Shown here piece after piece: positions 38,001 through 50,935 of a stretch of DNA of 64,000 nucleotides. The DNA is from Phyllosticta citribraziliensis (Eukaryota), in NCBI RefSeq assembly GCF_038025025.1, contig NW_027117344.1:1116001-1180000 (forward strand), written 5' to 3'. The stretch's first letter is position 1, and every line of letters starts with the position of its first letter. The translations under genes and the position numbers were made by a program. Under the pieces are notes generated by a model that made no database searches, was not told the origin of the DNA, and worked only from the letters and a program-made list of their open reading frames with translations.

Positions 38001-39293
38001 GAGGAGCAGTTCCGCGCGCGTCCGATCAAGTATGTCGTGCTCGATTTAGTCCACGTAATTGGCATAGATTACTCGGCTGCGGAGGTACTGGTGCGACTAA
38101 ACCGCATCCTCCACCGTCGCCATGTGGAACTGGTCATCTCCAGCGTGTCGCTCAGCGATGACGTAGGTCAAGGCCTCTCAATGGTAGGCTTGTTTGCTCC
38201 TGCCGAGAGCAATGACGAGCACTGCCCTCCGCCAAAACGATTCGAGACACTCAACAAGGCCCTCGAATGGTGTGAGAACGAGCTCCTAGGGACGTTGCAC
38301 GAGCGGACGCGATCGCTGGGATCGCCCAAGGAAGCCTCGCCCGTATCGATCTCCCCGCCCAAGCAGCCAAGCAACGCGCCGAACCCGTTCGACGGGGCCT
38401 TCAACTCTCCACGCCGAGCCCTCTTGCAGGAGGCTGCCGAGATGGCCCTTGGCAACCAGAAGAATGTGATCATCGACAACAACACCAACATGCTCACGCC
38501 TGACAAATGGAAGAACTTTGCTCAGCCAATCCCGTTGCTCCTCCTTACCTTCCAAGACTTGTCTGACAAGGACATTGACTTTTGGCATCGCGCAGTGCCG
38601 TACTTTACACGCCGAGAAATCCCGGCTGGCACTGTCCTGTACTCCCGCGGCGATGTACCGAATGGCTTCTACTTGGTCGAGAGCGGCAGCTTGCGTGCAG
38701 ACTACATCCTCGAGCAAGGAACGTACTACGAAAGTATCCAAGCAGGCACAACGTGCGGAGAACTGCCCTTTTTCAGCGAGACTGAACGCAGCGGAACAGT
38801 TGCAGCAGAGGCTGACACTGTCGCCTGGGTCATGACACGCGAGAAGTGGCGCGAGTTGGAGAGGAAGCAGCCAGAGGTTGCGAGCGAGTTGTTGCGAATT
38901 TGCTTGAAGCTGACTTGCGAGCGGATGAACGCCATTACTTCGTAAGTCCTTGTCCCTTCTTCTTTCCCGGCCAATTGACTGCTCATTTCTCATTGCCCGC
39001 CATTCACTACCCCTTTTCATCCCTCAATATGTCGCCCCCTTGCCAAATGAGGGGTCGCATATAACCATCACTCCCCCACCCCTCATCTCAAGCCGTCTAC
39101 CCGGCCCCCTGAACTGAGATTCCCTCACCACCACTCAAGCGCAAACACAAGAGATTGCCCTGGCCCACGCACTCGACATTTTCCGAAGTGGTTCGTTGTC
39201 AGAGGGGGCGAAACAAGCGGGGGTAAAAAAGACAATAAAGATTGGCTAACAAGAAATGCGCGGCGCAGGTACGTGCTCGTAACGGCGTCGTAG
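35084..39293 (+). CDS. VSB1: SLC26/SulP-family transporter with STAS and cNMP-binding-like domains (yeast Vsb1/Ygr125w-like)
   Basis: [78 protein letters not shown] and cNMP-like [19 protein letters not shown]. Introns 35358-35409, 36049-36352, 36499-36590, 37138-37189, 37390-37436, 37671-37718 and 38942-39268. Confidence 0.88.
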
Positions 39294-42200
39294 TGCGCGC
39301 ACGACGACGATCAACCGATCGTTGGTCCTCGCGGCCGGATATGAGCATTTCCTTTTTCGTCCGTCTCCGCCGCCGCAACCCCACTGCGAACATCACCACC
39401 AGCGCTGGAATATCGACTCATCTCGAAGGCGGAAGGCCGTAGGACTGTTTTGTCGCGACGAACTCTGTCTTGCCCTAGCGCTAACCTGAATGCAATCGTC
39501 CTTCCTAGGGATCGCTCGGTGGAAGCAGCGCGGGTGTCGCCGAATGAGCGCACGGGTGCTGGCTCGACTACAGGTACCTCTTGTCGTTTACCAGATGCAA
39601 GCACGTGCGGGTTGTACAAGCCCTACAGGTATGGGAGAGAGTGCCTAAAGATGATCCTTCCTCACCATTTCGCCGCCTTCGCCTGCTCATCTCGTTGGGC
39701 AGGTGGGAGATCAACCCGGGCCGAGGTTTTTTCAGACCACGCTCGCTCTCACCAGACCCACGACGTTCGTGATGACGGTTGGGCAGCATGCAATTCCCAA
39801 GTCGTACGGCCAGCAGAGGCACAGTATCATTTCTCTTTCACGCTCGTTATGTCCATCTCCCCCCCAATCGCGCTCTGCGATATTTCCTTGTTAATATGTC
39901 AGTCGCACGGGCACATGCCCCTTCTTCGCCGCATCTAGACAAGAAAAAAAGTTTGGCAATTTTTGGTTTCTCATTAAGCTTGTCAAGATTCTTCCCGAGT
40001 GGATATTTTTTGGACTGTGGGTTCATTTTGGAGGCAAGCGGTCTTTTGGTCTATGTGAAAAGTACAGCGAGCAAGCGTCATTGTCAATGTCATTGGTCAA
40101 GGCCATGCATGTTCGTTGCATTGTGAAGCCATGCGGCTTTGATGGCATATTCGCAGCTGCGAGCCCACTATTCATTCTGCGAGGCTTTGATTCATGCTCT
40201 TTGCTCATTCGTTTTACTTCATCCACGTCGTCCTCTGCTCACATATGTCCTGTGGGGGGAGAGACAAAAAGTAGCTATTTTGCTATTTTGCTTATCCAGT
40301 ATGACTTTGTTACCTTGACCATTTGCGTACAGCCTTGAAAAAACATGGACGAGATTGCAAGACGACGAGGCGGAAAGGCCAGGCCCTTCGTAATGCGACG
40401 ATGGTGCATCTTCATCATCTCCAGCCACCAGCCCGCCAGCCCACCACGACCCACGCAGACTACATACACTGCGCAGGCTACGCATGCAGAGCGGACACTA
40501 GCCCAACCCAACCAGCCCGCCAGCCCGCCAGCCCGCCAGCCATCTTCCGTCAAACTACAAGTGTACATACACACACACGGCACCTAGCCGACTAGCTTCA
40601 ACTCTCCCACCCACCACCGCACCCACCTGATACATGATGCTGCAATCCTACATGTACGATGCGCAGATACTACCGTTGCCACGAGATGATCAGACCAGCA
40701 GGCAAGGCGAGCTAGCCCGGGCGGCCGGCCGACAGTGTGGAGGAGCGAATTGGGCGCCAAGGGCCTGCCAACGCGCGCTTGGGTGGGCGATGCCGTTCGT
40801 TTCCCGCGTCTCCATGCACACACCCTCTTACCTGGTGCATCTGCACAGCGCAGAGGTGGATGGGTGGGTCGTGGGTGGCGAGGATAAGGCATGGTGGTGG
40901 TGGGAAATCGTGGGAGACACACAAGTCGGAATAAGATATCGACGACATGTCCAAGCTGCCTCCAAGAAGGGACATGGAATTGCAGGGGGGACGGTCGAGG
41001 GATTTTGTATGTGTGCCAGGGCAACTTGCTGCCGATACCTCGGAGGAACGGCAAACAAGCAAGCAAGAACTGAGCCACGATCTTGTTCGCCTCTTCTCCC
41101 TCACGTGTCCAGTTGCCACAATGGCTACTGGTAAGTTGACTGGTAGTAAGTTTACCCCACACGTACCCACTCACAACCCACTCGCCGTCTCCTGCGCTGC
41201 TGGACGCTTGGTCGGTGCATGCGGAGGTGGAGCGGGTAGGCATGGATGCATCCATGCATGCATGTCACTACGCATTCTCTCTACATACGTCTGCCAGTAT
41301 TGGACCCACTTTGCGGGAGCGAGAGACCGAGGCAATCGGAGGTGAGAGAAGGCGCATGTTTGCCACGAGATGCCTGTTGATGGAAAGTTGCGAATGACTA
41401 AAGTGATTGGTGAGGTGGTTAGATGGTTACATGCCGGCAGACATGGGGCCAGGACATGTATTTCCCTTTTAAAAAAGGGACGCCAAACAGCTTAGCCCTC
41501 AAGTACGTCGACCAAGAACGTCTCTCCGTGAAATCGGGCGATGATGTCGGGAAGTGGCAAACATGCATGCAGATTCCGGTACTCTAGTAGGAAGACACGA
41601 GAAGACCCTCGCTCCCATTTCTGGTAGGCTAGAGAGCTGAGCTGACGTTGATACGGACCCAGATCCTCAGTTCAATCGAGAGCCACGCGACTCTCTGTAC
41701 CACGCTTACGACGTCGAATAAGCTATTCCCAAAAAGGATTGCGCCAGGGTACGTCCTACCGAGAACGGCCAAGTAGTGCCTCAGCCACCACAAAAGTAGC
41801 ACCAGACGTCCCCTCTTCCCATCCATCGCTCCCCCGCATGTACTACTGTAGCAACTAGCCAGCCAGTCAGGCAGCCGACGGCACTAGCCGGCCGACGACC
41901 GGCCGTTTCGACGTCAACCAACGTTTTGCCCTGCGCTTCGCAGCGTTGTGCTGCTGACAGGGCGCGGGAGCACGATACCGGCGGGCGCCGCGCCGCGCTG
42001 CGCTGCGCTGCGATGCGATGCCATGCCATGCCATGCGGGTTCACCGGTCCGAGGAAGGATGGCGCTGACGATGACGGGATCCACTGAACGGATGGGAAAA
42101 GATGGTCATGGGGCTCCCTAGCCCTTTGCGCAAGCAGGTGAAAGAATGGTGAAGAAGGCGGCGGCGGGCGGGGGACTGAGCATCATCACACCGACGAGGC

Positions 42201-44329
42201 GAGAGATCAGCAGCCTGACTGCCTGCCCGCCACCCACACGAGGCGGCGGCGGCGGTCGATTAAGACAAGGGACGGACGATGACGGGGAGAGGCAGCTGAT
42301 GCTAAGAGATTTTTGTTTTCTTTTTTTGTTCACGGTTCTGTTTTGCCTGTCAAGCAACCGGATAACGCTGCGCGCGGGCGCGGATGCTAAGGTAACGTCG
42401 TCAGGTGCTAAGCGGAATTCGGCAAGCAAGGTTGCAGAGTTCTCGGCTTTGACTATTTTCAAGTATGCTTGGCCCTGATTTGATATGTGTGGCGCAGCGC
42501 AAGACGGCTGTTCTGAAACATATGGAAGAGGGAAGAGTGGTTTGTCCGATCAGGGCGGCGGAGGTGGGTGGTGACTGGTGAGTAGCGAATGAGTAGCATG
42601 GTTCGCTAGCGACAGCAATCCAGATGGTCTGACTGTCGCGATGGAAAAGTCTTCGTAGTGGGGTACTCGACAAAGATAAGCGCCTTGTGAGGTAGGTGGC
42701 TTGATGCTGCGATTCTTGGTGCTAGTCACGTTGTAGGCTGAGGCTGTCTTTTTTTTTTTGCTTCTCGTTCCAATCATGCTCGTCATGGGTAGGTACGGTA
42801 CGTATAAACTGACAGCGATAGCCTTTGCGACTGCTCTCATGGCCTCGGTATCGAATCTGATTTGACGCCATGGTCGCCCAATCGCGGAGCGACAGGGATA
42901 CGACGGCTCTTATCAGTCCAACAAGAAGCAGCAGCGTAGGCGGTGGTCATGGAACAAGTCGACTTGGTCATGATCATCATCGTCAAGTCGCCGAAAGCGC
43001 CGCTAAAATCCCAGCAGATCGATCGCCGACGGACGGCAGAATGATTTGAAGAAGAAGAAAAATAAAAAAGTGATGGCTCAGCAGAAGCAAAGAACTGACC
43101 GTTTCAAGTTCTGAACGATGAGGTCTCACATGAAGATGGATACGTAAAATGGCGTCGAGAGGAGACGGGGAGAGAGGATGAATGTCTGGTCATCTCCCAG
43201 CCAACTCTAACAGACATGGCCTGGGGCGGGATGCAATAGTCTTGATGAGCAATTTCAGAAACTCGACCCCACCCGGTGCCCCGAGTTTGGGCGGGAGGAA
43301 TATTGGCCATGAGGGACACGGCGTGTGCGAGATTCGCCAGATTTATCGTTGGCCATGACTGGAGCCGTCAGCCGCGCGGGAGATTGGGGTAGCGCGGAAC
43401 TTGGCAGGTGGTGGCCAAGATGTCGACGGCGGGAGAGGGAGAGGGAGAGGGAGAGGGAGTGGGAAGCAGGGGTTACGGACGGAAGAGTTTGTCATTTGCA
43501 CGGCAAGATTGCGAGAGGGGTGAAAGGGAGATTCAGGGGGTGAAGAACAATCTCGAGGCCTGAGAGACCCCTTCTCTCGTGGCTTCTGGCAGGGCAGTCG
43601 TCAGCGGAAGCGTACAGCCCATGGCCTGGCGCTACGGTAGGGCATCCGAGTCTCGGTCATTAGCGTTTGGAGCATTTTGGAGGCTCGGCGGCTGCGCGTG
43701 GCTTGGGCGGAGGCACAGGAATTCTGGCGGACCCTTTTGGGCGGGAAAAGGAGAGCGGCGGTGGAGCCAGGGGATCGCCCAATGATGTGCAGCCGAGTCG
43801 ACGAGCGGGCCACGAGATGATGCCCTGCGGTGGTGCTGAAAGAACTTCACGTGATGGGCGGATGCAGCTGAGGGGCCTGGCCTGAACCAAGGTGCAGTGC
43901 AGGTGGCAGCGGTGGACGTTTTCGTCTCATGGGTCCTCAACGGCAGGGCGGCGTTGCGCAACGTGGTGGGCTGCATTGGTGTTTGTGTTGCAGGCGGGCG
44001 ACATGTCTGGGATACATAGGAGTGAGTTAGAGGGACAGGTTCAGAGCGTGGCTTTCAGCATTCCCAACGCTTCCACGGTTGAGCAGGCTTGGGCTTGGGC
44101 TTGGTGGTGGTGGAGGTGAGGGACGGACGGGAGTGGGAGGAGTGGGAGTGTAGTGGATGCAGGCCCGGGCAGGGGGGGGGCTGGCACTGACATATTGGTG
44201 ACAGGGTCGCGCCGGCGCCAACGACTGATCGACTGCAACCTGCAATTTCGCCCGCTCCACTAGCGCCCAGCCCAGCCCGGCCCAGCTCTGTTCACTTTGC
44301 GACGACGAGCAGTCAGTCCATGGTCAAGG

Positions 44330-44363
44330 TTGTGGTGGTGGTGGTGGTGGTGGTGGTGGTGGT
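44330..44363 (+). repeat. (GGT)n microsatellite
   Basis: About 10 consecutive GGT units upstream of the PH-domain gene. Confidence 0.85.
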
Positions 44364-44948
44364 TGCGCTCGTCGACGGCGAGCTGGGCGGGACTTTGTCG
44401 TCGCCGTCGCGGGCAGCTGGGCGTGTAGGTACTGCAGCATGCTGCTATCGCAAGACGACCTGACCTGACGGCATCGGATGGCGTCCCTCAGGTCATGCGA
44501 CCCTTTTTCGTACGGTACGGTATGGTACGGTACGGCGCGTTCTGTATTCTCTGGCCTGGTGGGCTGGTGCATGAATGTTATGACGATTCACGTTGATTGC
44601 TGGATTCAGAGTCGAGCCCAGATCAAGCCCTAGCGCCTAGCGCCCAGACCAAATCGCTTCCCTCCCCTACTTTTGCTCGCTTGCCCTCGTCCTCGTCCTC
44701 TTATCCCGCCATCCCTCCCCTTCTTCTTCCCTCTTCTCGCTCTCTCCATCCAACAATCTGCCATCAACAGGCTCCGTTGTTGCTTCGACCCGTGATACCC
44801 CATATACCCACGTCTTTGTTTTCCTTCACTCCCCCCAAAGCCAAGCCAGCTTTCTTCCGTTCTCTTCCTCCGTCGCGCCTTCTCAACCCGACCCTTAATT
44901 TTTCCAAAACACTCCCACACCACCACATCCACACAACAACTCCAAAAA

Positions 44949-47106
44949 ATGTCTGACTCCAAGCCTCTCGACACTCCGGCCACTGAGCCTGTTGCCGTTG
45001 CTCCCGTTAGCGACGCTGCTGCTCCCACCACCACCGAGGCCGCTCCTGTTGCCGACGTTCCCGCCACCGACGCGCCCGCTGCCACGACCGAAACTCCTGC
45101 CGCCGCCGCCGATTCTGCTGCTCCCGCCGCCGACGAGACCACCGCTCTGCCCGTCGAGGAGAAGAAGGGCGAGGACGAGGTCAAGATCACCGCCGAGCCC
45201 ATCTACTCCGGCTCGCTGGGCTACAAGGCTCCTGGTCTTCTCAAGTATGTCTTCTTCCTACTTTCACGCCACAATGTACTTACTAACGCGTCGCGACAGG
45301 AGCCTGACCTACTCCAAGAAGTTCTTTTGGTTCGGCGAGGAGCCCGTGACCAAGGACAGCCTTTCCGCCTACCTCCGTGGTGAGAAGGCCGAGGTTGGCC
45401 ACTCTACCGCTGCTTGGGCGAGCAAGACTGGCAAGGGTATTCTCTTCTTCGCCAAGAACGCTGAGCAAAAGGCCAACCCGGCTGGCGCTTTGAAGCTGGT
45501 ACGTCTACAACTCTTTCGCCACCCACAAGTGCGCGCGCGCGTGTGCTAACATCCTTTCCAGGCCGACGCCTCCGATGTTACCAAGGAGGGCAACGTTGCC
45601 TTTTTCTTCAAGTTCCACGGCCACAAGCACCAGTTCGAGGCCTCGAGCCAGGCCGAGCGCGACGGCTGGATCGTCTCCATCGAGAAGGGCATCGAGGAGG
45701 CCAAGGTCGCCAGCGAGGAGGTCACCAGCAGCGAAGAGTACAAGGCGACCATTGAGGCTCTCGGTAAGTCGTGTTTACCCGCCAAGCGTAGACGCACGGA
45801 TGTCTATGCGCCTGCATCTCGCTTGCTCCCGCTCCAGGCTCCATGTTCCAAAGTGGATCAGGCTAACACTCGCTTAGCCAAACCCGCCACCGCCACTACC
45901 GGTAAGGCTGATGAGAGCGCTCCCAAGAAGAGCACCGAGGTCAAGCCTACTGAGGGTGCTGAGCGCCCCTCGTCCACCAGTAGCTCCGACGAGAACGCCG
46001 AGGGCAAGAAGACCGCCAAGAAGAACAAGAGCCGCTCTGTTTCTCGTAAGAGGGCGTCCGTCTTTGGTCTCCTCGGAAAGAAGGACGACAAGAAGGAGGT
46101 GAAGAAGGAGGAGGAGTCCAAGGAGGTGGCCAAGGAAGAGGCCAAGGAGGAGCAGAAGGCTGAGGCTGAGGCCGCTCCTACGACTGAGGGAGCTGCTGGT
46201 ATGCCGCACAAAGCTGTCTCTAGTCGATCAATTGCTAATGCATCAACAGTCGAGCCCGTTGCTGAGACTGCCGCCGACGAGGCGAAGCCCGCCGAGGAGG
46301 TCAAGCCGGTCGAGGGCGAGGCCGCTGCCGTTGCCGCTGAGCCCGAGGTCAAGCCTACTCCCACTCCCAAGGCCAACAAGCGCACCTCCATCTTTGGCAA
46401 CTTCTTCGAGAAGGTTCGCAGCCCCGCTGCTGAGAAGAAGGAGTCCGAGGTCGCCCCCACTGTCCCGCCCAAGGACAACGAGGTCGTTGCCGCTCCCGCC
46501 GAGGAGACCGCTGTCGCCACCGACGCTGCGGAGCCCACTGTTGCCGCCACCGAGCCCGCCACCACTGAGGCTGCTGAGCCCAAGCCGGTCACTACTCCTA
46601 CTCCTGCCAAGGAGAAGGCTGGTTTCTTCAGCAAGTTTGGCAAGAAGAAGGAGGTCGAATCTCCTGCTGCTGAGACCCCTGCTGTCGTCGAGGCCAAGCC
46701 TGAAGAGGCTACTACCCCTGCTGTCGATGGCGAGGCCGCTGCCGCTCCCGCCCCCAAGGCCACCCCTGAGCCCATCAACAAGGAGAAGCGCCGCACTTCC
46801 TTCTTCGGCAACTTTGGCGCCAAGGGCGGCGAGGCTGATGGCGAGAAGAAGAAGGGTCTCGGTGGTCTGTTCCGCAACCCCAGCAAGGCCGTCAAGTCCA
46901 ACAAGGACAAGGAGGCTGCCCCCACCAAGGTTGAGGAGGAGCCCGAGACCAAGGCCGAAGAGGCCAAGGCTGAAGACAAGGTCGAGGAGCCCAAGGCTGA
47001 GGAGAACACCACCGAGGAGAGCAAGCCCACCATTGGTGACGTCGTCCCCGAGGCTGTGCAGGCCAACGAGAACCAGGCCACGCCCACCGTCCAGGCCACG
47101 GCCTAA
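44949..47106 (+). CDS. Ala/Glu/Pro/Lys-rich protein with a fungal PH-like domain (Meu6/PH_6-like)
   Basis: PH-like segment PIYSGSLGYKAPGLL..KKFFWFGEEP..AAWASKTGKGILFFAK..HKHQFEASSQAERDGWIVSI; strong codon bias suggests high expression. Introns 45245-45299, 45499-45561, 45764-45877 and 46199-46249. Confidence 0.8.
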
Positions 47107-48161
47107 GGTGTGGTGGACGTCTCCCGTCGACGACTGTCATGATGCAATGACGGAAAAGCCTGGCCGCAACTCGCTGTTTGTTGGTTAAGCTATTCTGCGA
47201 TCACAGGCGCCGTTCTTCCTCGAAGCTTCAAAATTTTTCCTAGCACAAAAAATACCCACTTTCCACATCCTCTTCTCACTCGCGTCTTTCATTACAAGGG
47301 GTCAGCCGTTTTCCTTGCATCTGCGGCTCATTGGCGGTCTTTCGTTCCTATCCGTCTAGATTGATACCACCATTGCGCTGCTGAGCTGTCTGGGTTTTCT
47401 TTGACGTTTTTCCTTTTTTGCTTTTAGGTTGCGTTGCTCTGGGTTTGAGGCAACTGCGTATACCCCCCTTGATACCCTGCGTACTAGCCTTATCGGGACA
47501 TGTACAAGTGGCCGCTAGGGCACCGACACTCGTAATATCTAATACAACATCGTCGTTGATAATTTGCACGTTTGCAAAGTGAGGGCGAGGTGAATCATGA
47601 CCGGTGAAACACGTAGATGAAAACGTGCCGTTGTTTGGCGATGTCTGCCAAGTCGAACGACACGAAACACCGGATTTGCTATGTCCAGAATGGCATGCGA
47701 GAGGAGAGCAAATGTCATGGCAAAAGTAGGATTCAAACAAGGTGTACTTGGCATCCACAAACGGCTGCAGCCAAGCGGGAGGTGCAGATACGGCCTGGAC
47801 CCCGATTGCTCATGGATCGAACGGCCCATGGCTGGGGCGAAACGCGAACGAGCGAGCTGGCGGAATAAAGACCTCATCTCTGTCTGTCCACCTGACCTCG
47901 ACCAAACGCTAAAAAATTGAAAAAATCATCATTGCCGACTGTGCAGCCTGCAAGTGGCCGGCTCATCGACGCTACATGCGCTTTGGTGGATAGCACCATT
48001 GCACTCTACTATTTCGGCTCGCGCTACCAGCCCAAGTCCCAGGCTAGCTTGCCACGACCGTTGGATGTCGCTCGCTACCTTACTCAACAGCTTGCTGATA
48101 CGCTTGCTCATCTGATTTTCAACCTGATCAAGCTTGTTGCATCTTATGGAGAGCGACGACC

Positions 48162-49396
48162 ATGGTGAGTGCGACGTGTGGAATCGATGGACTTTTTGCT
48201 TTCGCAATGCATACCGCAGCGCAGCTCCCCTGACCGACGTCATTCCTGTCCATGTTTCGACTCGCAACGTTTTCTGCGCCCTTTCCTTGGGTGTGCAGAC
48301 GGTCGTTGTCTCATTTCGCAGCGCAATGTACTGACAGAACACAGGGCTCTTGCTGTTCATCCACGCGCTCCCATGGCGTCGCATCCTCCTTGTCCACGTC
48401 GCAGAACCACGTAGCGGCCGACTCATCGCGCGCTCACATCAATAACCCAAGCACAGCACCGCAGCCGCATTCCACCCAGTCGTTCTTCTCGGCCACCGAA
48501 TCCATCGGCACCACTCCGCGAGCGTCGCATTCTCGGCCTCCGCCAGCGGCAGCAGCGTCGCGACGCAGCGCCGACAATGCCAACAAGGCGGCCCACGGCA
48601 GCAACGCGGCGCCAGCGTCGTCGTCGGCGCGAAGCAGGGGGGGGTCGCGGCAAAAAGGACAGCAGACCTAACAAGCCGCTGGCGGCGCTGGACAGAAAGC
48701 GACGCTGCAAGAAGCCGGTGCTCGAGGGCAGCGTGGCGGCGACGCCGGGGATGCCGCTGACACGGGCGCGGCTCGAGACGGAGCGCAGGGCGTTTTGGGA
48801 CACGCGGGTGACGGGGCGGCCGGAGATGTGGGGCGCGGTGCGATTGGTGGTCGAAATGGTGCAGCAGGGAGACGTCAAGGGAGCTCAGGGCGTGCTGGAT
48901 GCTTCCGGAGGGACATGTCCGACGGGCCAGCTGTGGAAGGGAATCTACGATGAGTTGGGCAACGAGTACAGCGTGCCCGAGTGGGTTGTCATCGAGCCTG
49001 CGGGCATTGTGGCGGACGACACAAGAGACGACGACGACGAAGAAGAAGAAGAAGAACGAGAGAGCGAAGACATGACTGGTGCGGAGGAGAAGGGAAAGGG
49101 CAAGATGGGGGACATGGTCAAGATCAAGGCTCGTCTCAGTGACAGAGGGACAGATGTGGTGGTGAAGGCGGGCTTGGATGAGAGTGTGCGGACCGTCATT
49201 GCGAGAATGGTACAAGCGGCCGAGGTGAGTTCATGTCGAGGCTGGCGTGACGAGGGCGTTGCTGACGGATTCGATGTAGTTGCCAACGTCTTGTCGGGTG
49301 CGCTTGGCATACATGGGCAGGATGCTGCGCGAAAACGAAAGCCTGGAGGCACAGGGGTACAGCGAAGGGCACATAGTCAGTGCGTTTGTTTTCTAG
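48162..49396 (+). CDS. Ubiquitin-domain protein (UBTD1/2, DC-UbP-like), frame interrupted at a G8 run (48637-48644)
   Basis: ATG-only exon (48162-48164) and intron 48165-48344 give MGSCCSS. UBD motif LTRARLETERRAFWDTRVTGRPEMWGAVR..GIYDELGNEYSVPEWV. C-terminal ubiquitin-like domain VKIKARLSD..(intron 49225-49279)..VRLAYMGRML..GHIVSAFVF*. Confidence 0.8.
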
Positions 49397-49740
49397 GGCG
49401 TCGATCAGGTCGGGACTCGGGCATCATGTTCAATGTTTTGGTGTTTTGGTGTTGAGATGCAACCAACCAATGACGGACGGGACGGGATCTGATGTCACGC
49501 GCAATAGTTCCGCCGGCCGCCGACGTGTCTGCCCGCCAGGCGCTACTCCCAAGACGGCTAGCAGTAACTAGCTCCAAACATGTCAAGCGCCTGCTCTCCA
49601 ACACGACCTGATCACGACTGCCAGCCCACAACAACCTTCCCTCCAAACCCGCCCGCCCCCCCCCCCCCGCCGGCGCTCCATCTCTGTCCTGTCCCACGTC
49701 ACCCACAGCTTCAATTGCTTCCGTCGCGTCAACCACCGCA

Positions 49741-50846
49741 ATGCTCGCTCGCACCGCCCTGGCCCGCCTGCGCGCGCAAGCTCCCCGGAGCTCAGCACGC
49801 GACGTCGCACACATTTCGCGCCAGCTTGCCCACACATACCTGACGTCCACCACCGCCACGACCCAATTGGCCACCGCCCCGGCTGTCAAGACCTTCCGCT
49901 CCTACGCCACTGCCACCAAGACCAAGCCCAAGCCCAAGTCGACTACCAAAAAGGTCCCTGCCAAGAAGACTGCCACTAGAAAGACTGCTGCCAAGAAGAA
50001 GCCTGTCAAGAAGGCCGTCAAGAAGCCTGTCAAGAAGACTGCCGCCAAGAAGCCCATCAAGAAGGCTGCTCCCAAGAGGAAGCCTTTGACTGAAAGGCAA
50101 AAGCTTCTGAAGGAAAAGGCCAAGGTCAGGGAGAACATTGCCCAGTTGAAGGTCGCCGCCCTCGAAGAGCCCAAGAAGCTTCCCGCCAATGGATGGGCCA
50201 TTTATCTCGGCGAATTCTACAACAACCTGCCGCAGGGACATGGCGAAAAAGTGACCGAGGTTTTGAAGAAGGCCTCTACCGAGTTCAAGACCTTGCCCTC
50301 TTCTGAGCTTGAGGTGTGTTTGCAACTTTCCATGTCCCCAGCAAAAGCCCTGCCGCTGACGTAAAATCACACAGCGCCTCCAAAAACAGGCCGCCGACAA
50401 CGTTAAGCGCAACAACGAAGCCTACAAGAAATTTGTCAACTCGTACACGCCACAGCAAATTTACGAGGCCAACAAGGCGCGCGTCACGCTCAAGAAGAAG
50501 CTTGCCGCCTACAAGAAGAACAAGCTCCAAGATGATCGTCTTGTCAAGGCCCCCAGGGGCCCCTTCGTGTACTTTTTCCTGGAAAAGAGGGGTTCTGTGG
50601 AAGGATCTCCCTCAGAGAAGGCTAAGCAGGCAGGACAGGAGTGGAGGGCCCTGTCTGCTGCTCAGAAGCAGGTTCGTATTTCCCTGTCCAATGCGCTGTC
50701 GGTTTGGATGGTAAAGCTAACTGCATTGTTTGTACCTTATGCAGAAGTACGAAGACATCGCCCGTCAAGATACGCAGCGCTACATCAAGCAGTACAAGAG
50801 TCTCTACGGCGAGGAGCCCCAAGTGGCCAAGAAGGCCGTTCAGTAG
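49741..50846 (+). CDS. HMG-box protein with predicted mitochondrial presequence and Lys/Ala-rich segment (mitochondrial nucleoid HMG, Abf2/mtHMG1-like)
   Basis: MLARTALARLR presequence-like N-terminus, histone-H1-like KKPVKK repeats, two HMG-like boxes (PKKLPANGWAIY; DDRLVKAPRGPFVYF..AGQEWRALSAAQKQKYE). Introns 50314-50374 and 50672-50744. Confidence 0.82.
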
Positions 50847-50875
50847 ATCTGCCTCGAGCCTCCTGGATAGCAGGC

Positions 50876-50935
50876 GCCGTCCTTTTGCTTTTCGCAGACT
50901 TTCCTAGCCGTCCTTTTGCTTTTCGCAGACTTTCC
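50876..50935 (+). repeat. Tandem duplication (29-nt identical unit, 31-nt period) in the 3' UTR of the mitochondrial HMG gene
   Basis: GCCGTCCTTTTGCTTTTCGCAGACTTTCC at 50876 and 50907. Confidence 0.9.

Noticed and set aside
45858..47188. 413-aa antisense and 318-aa alternative-frame ORFs in the PH-domain gene
   Set aside because: Mirror and shifted frames of a highly biased, low-complexity CDS.
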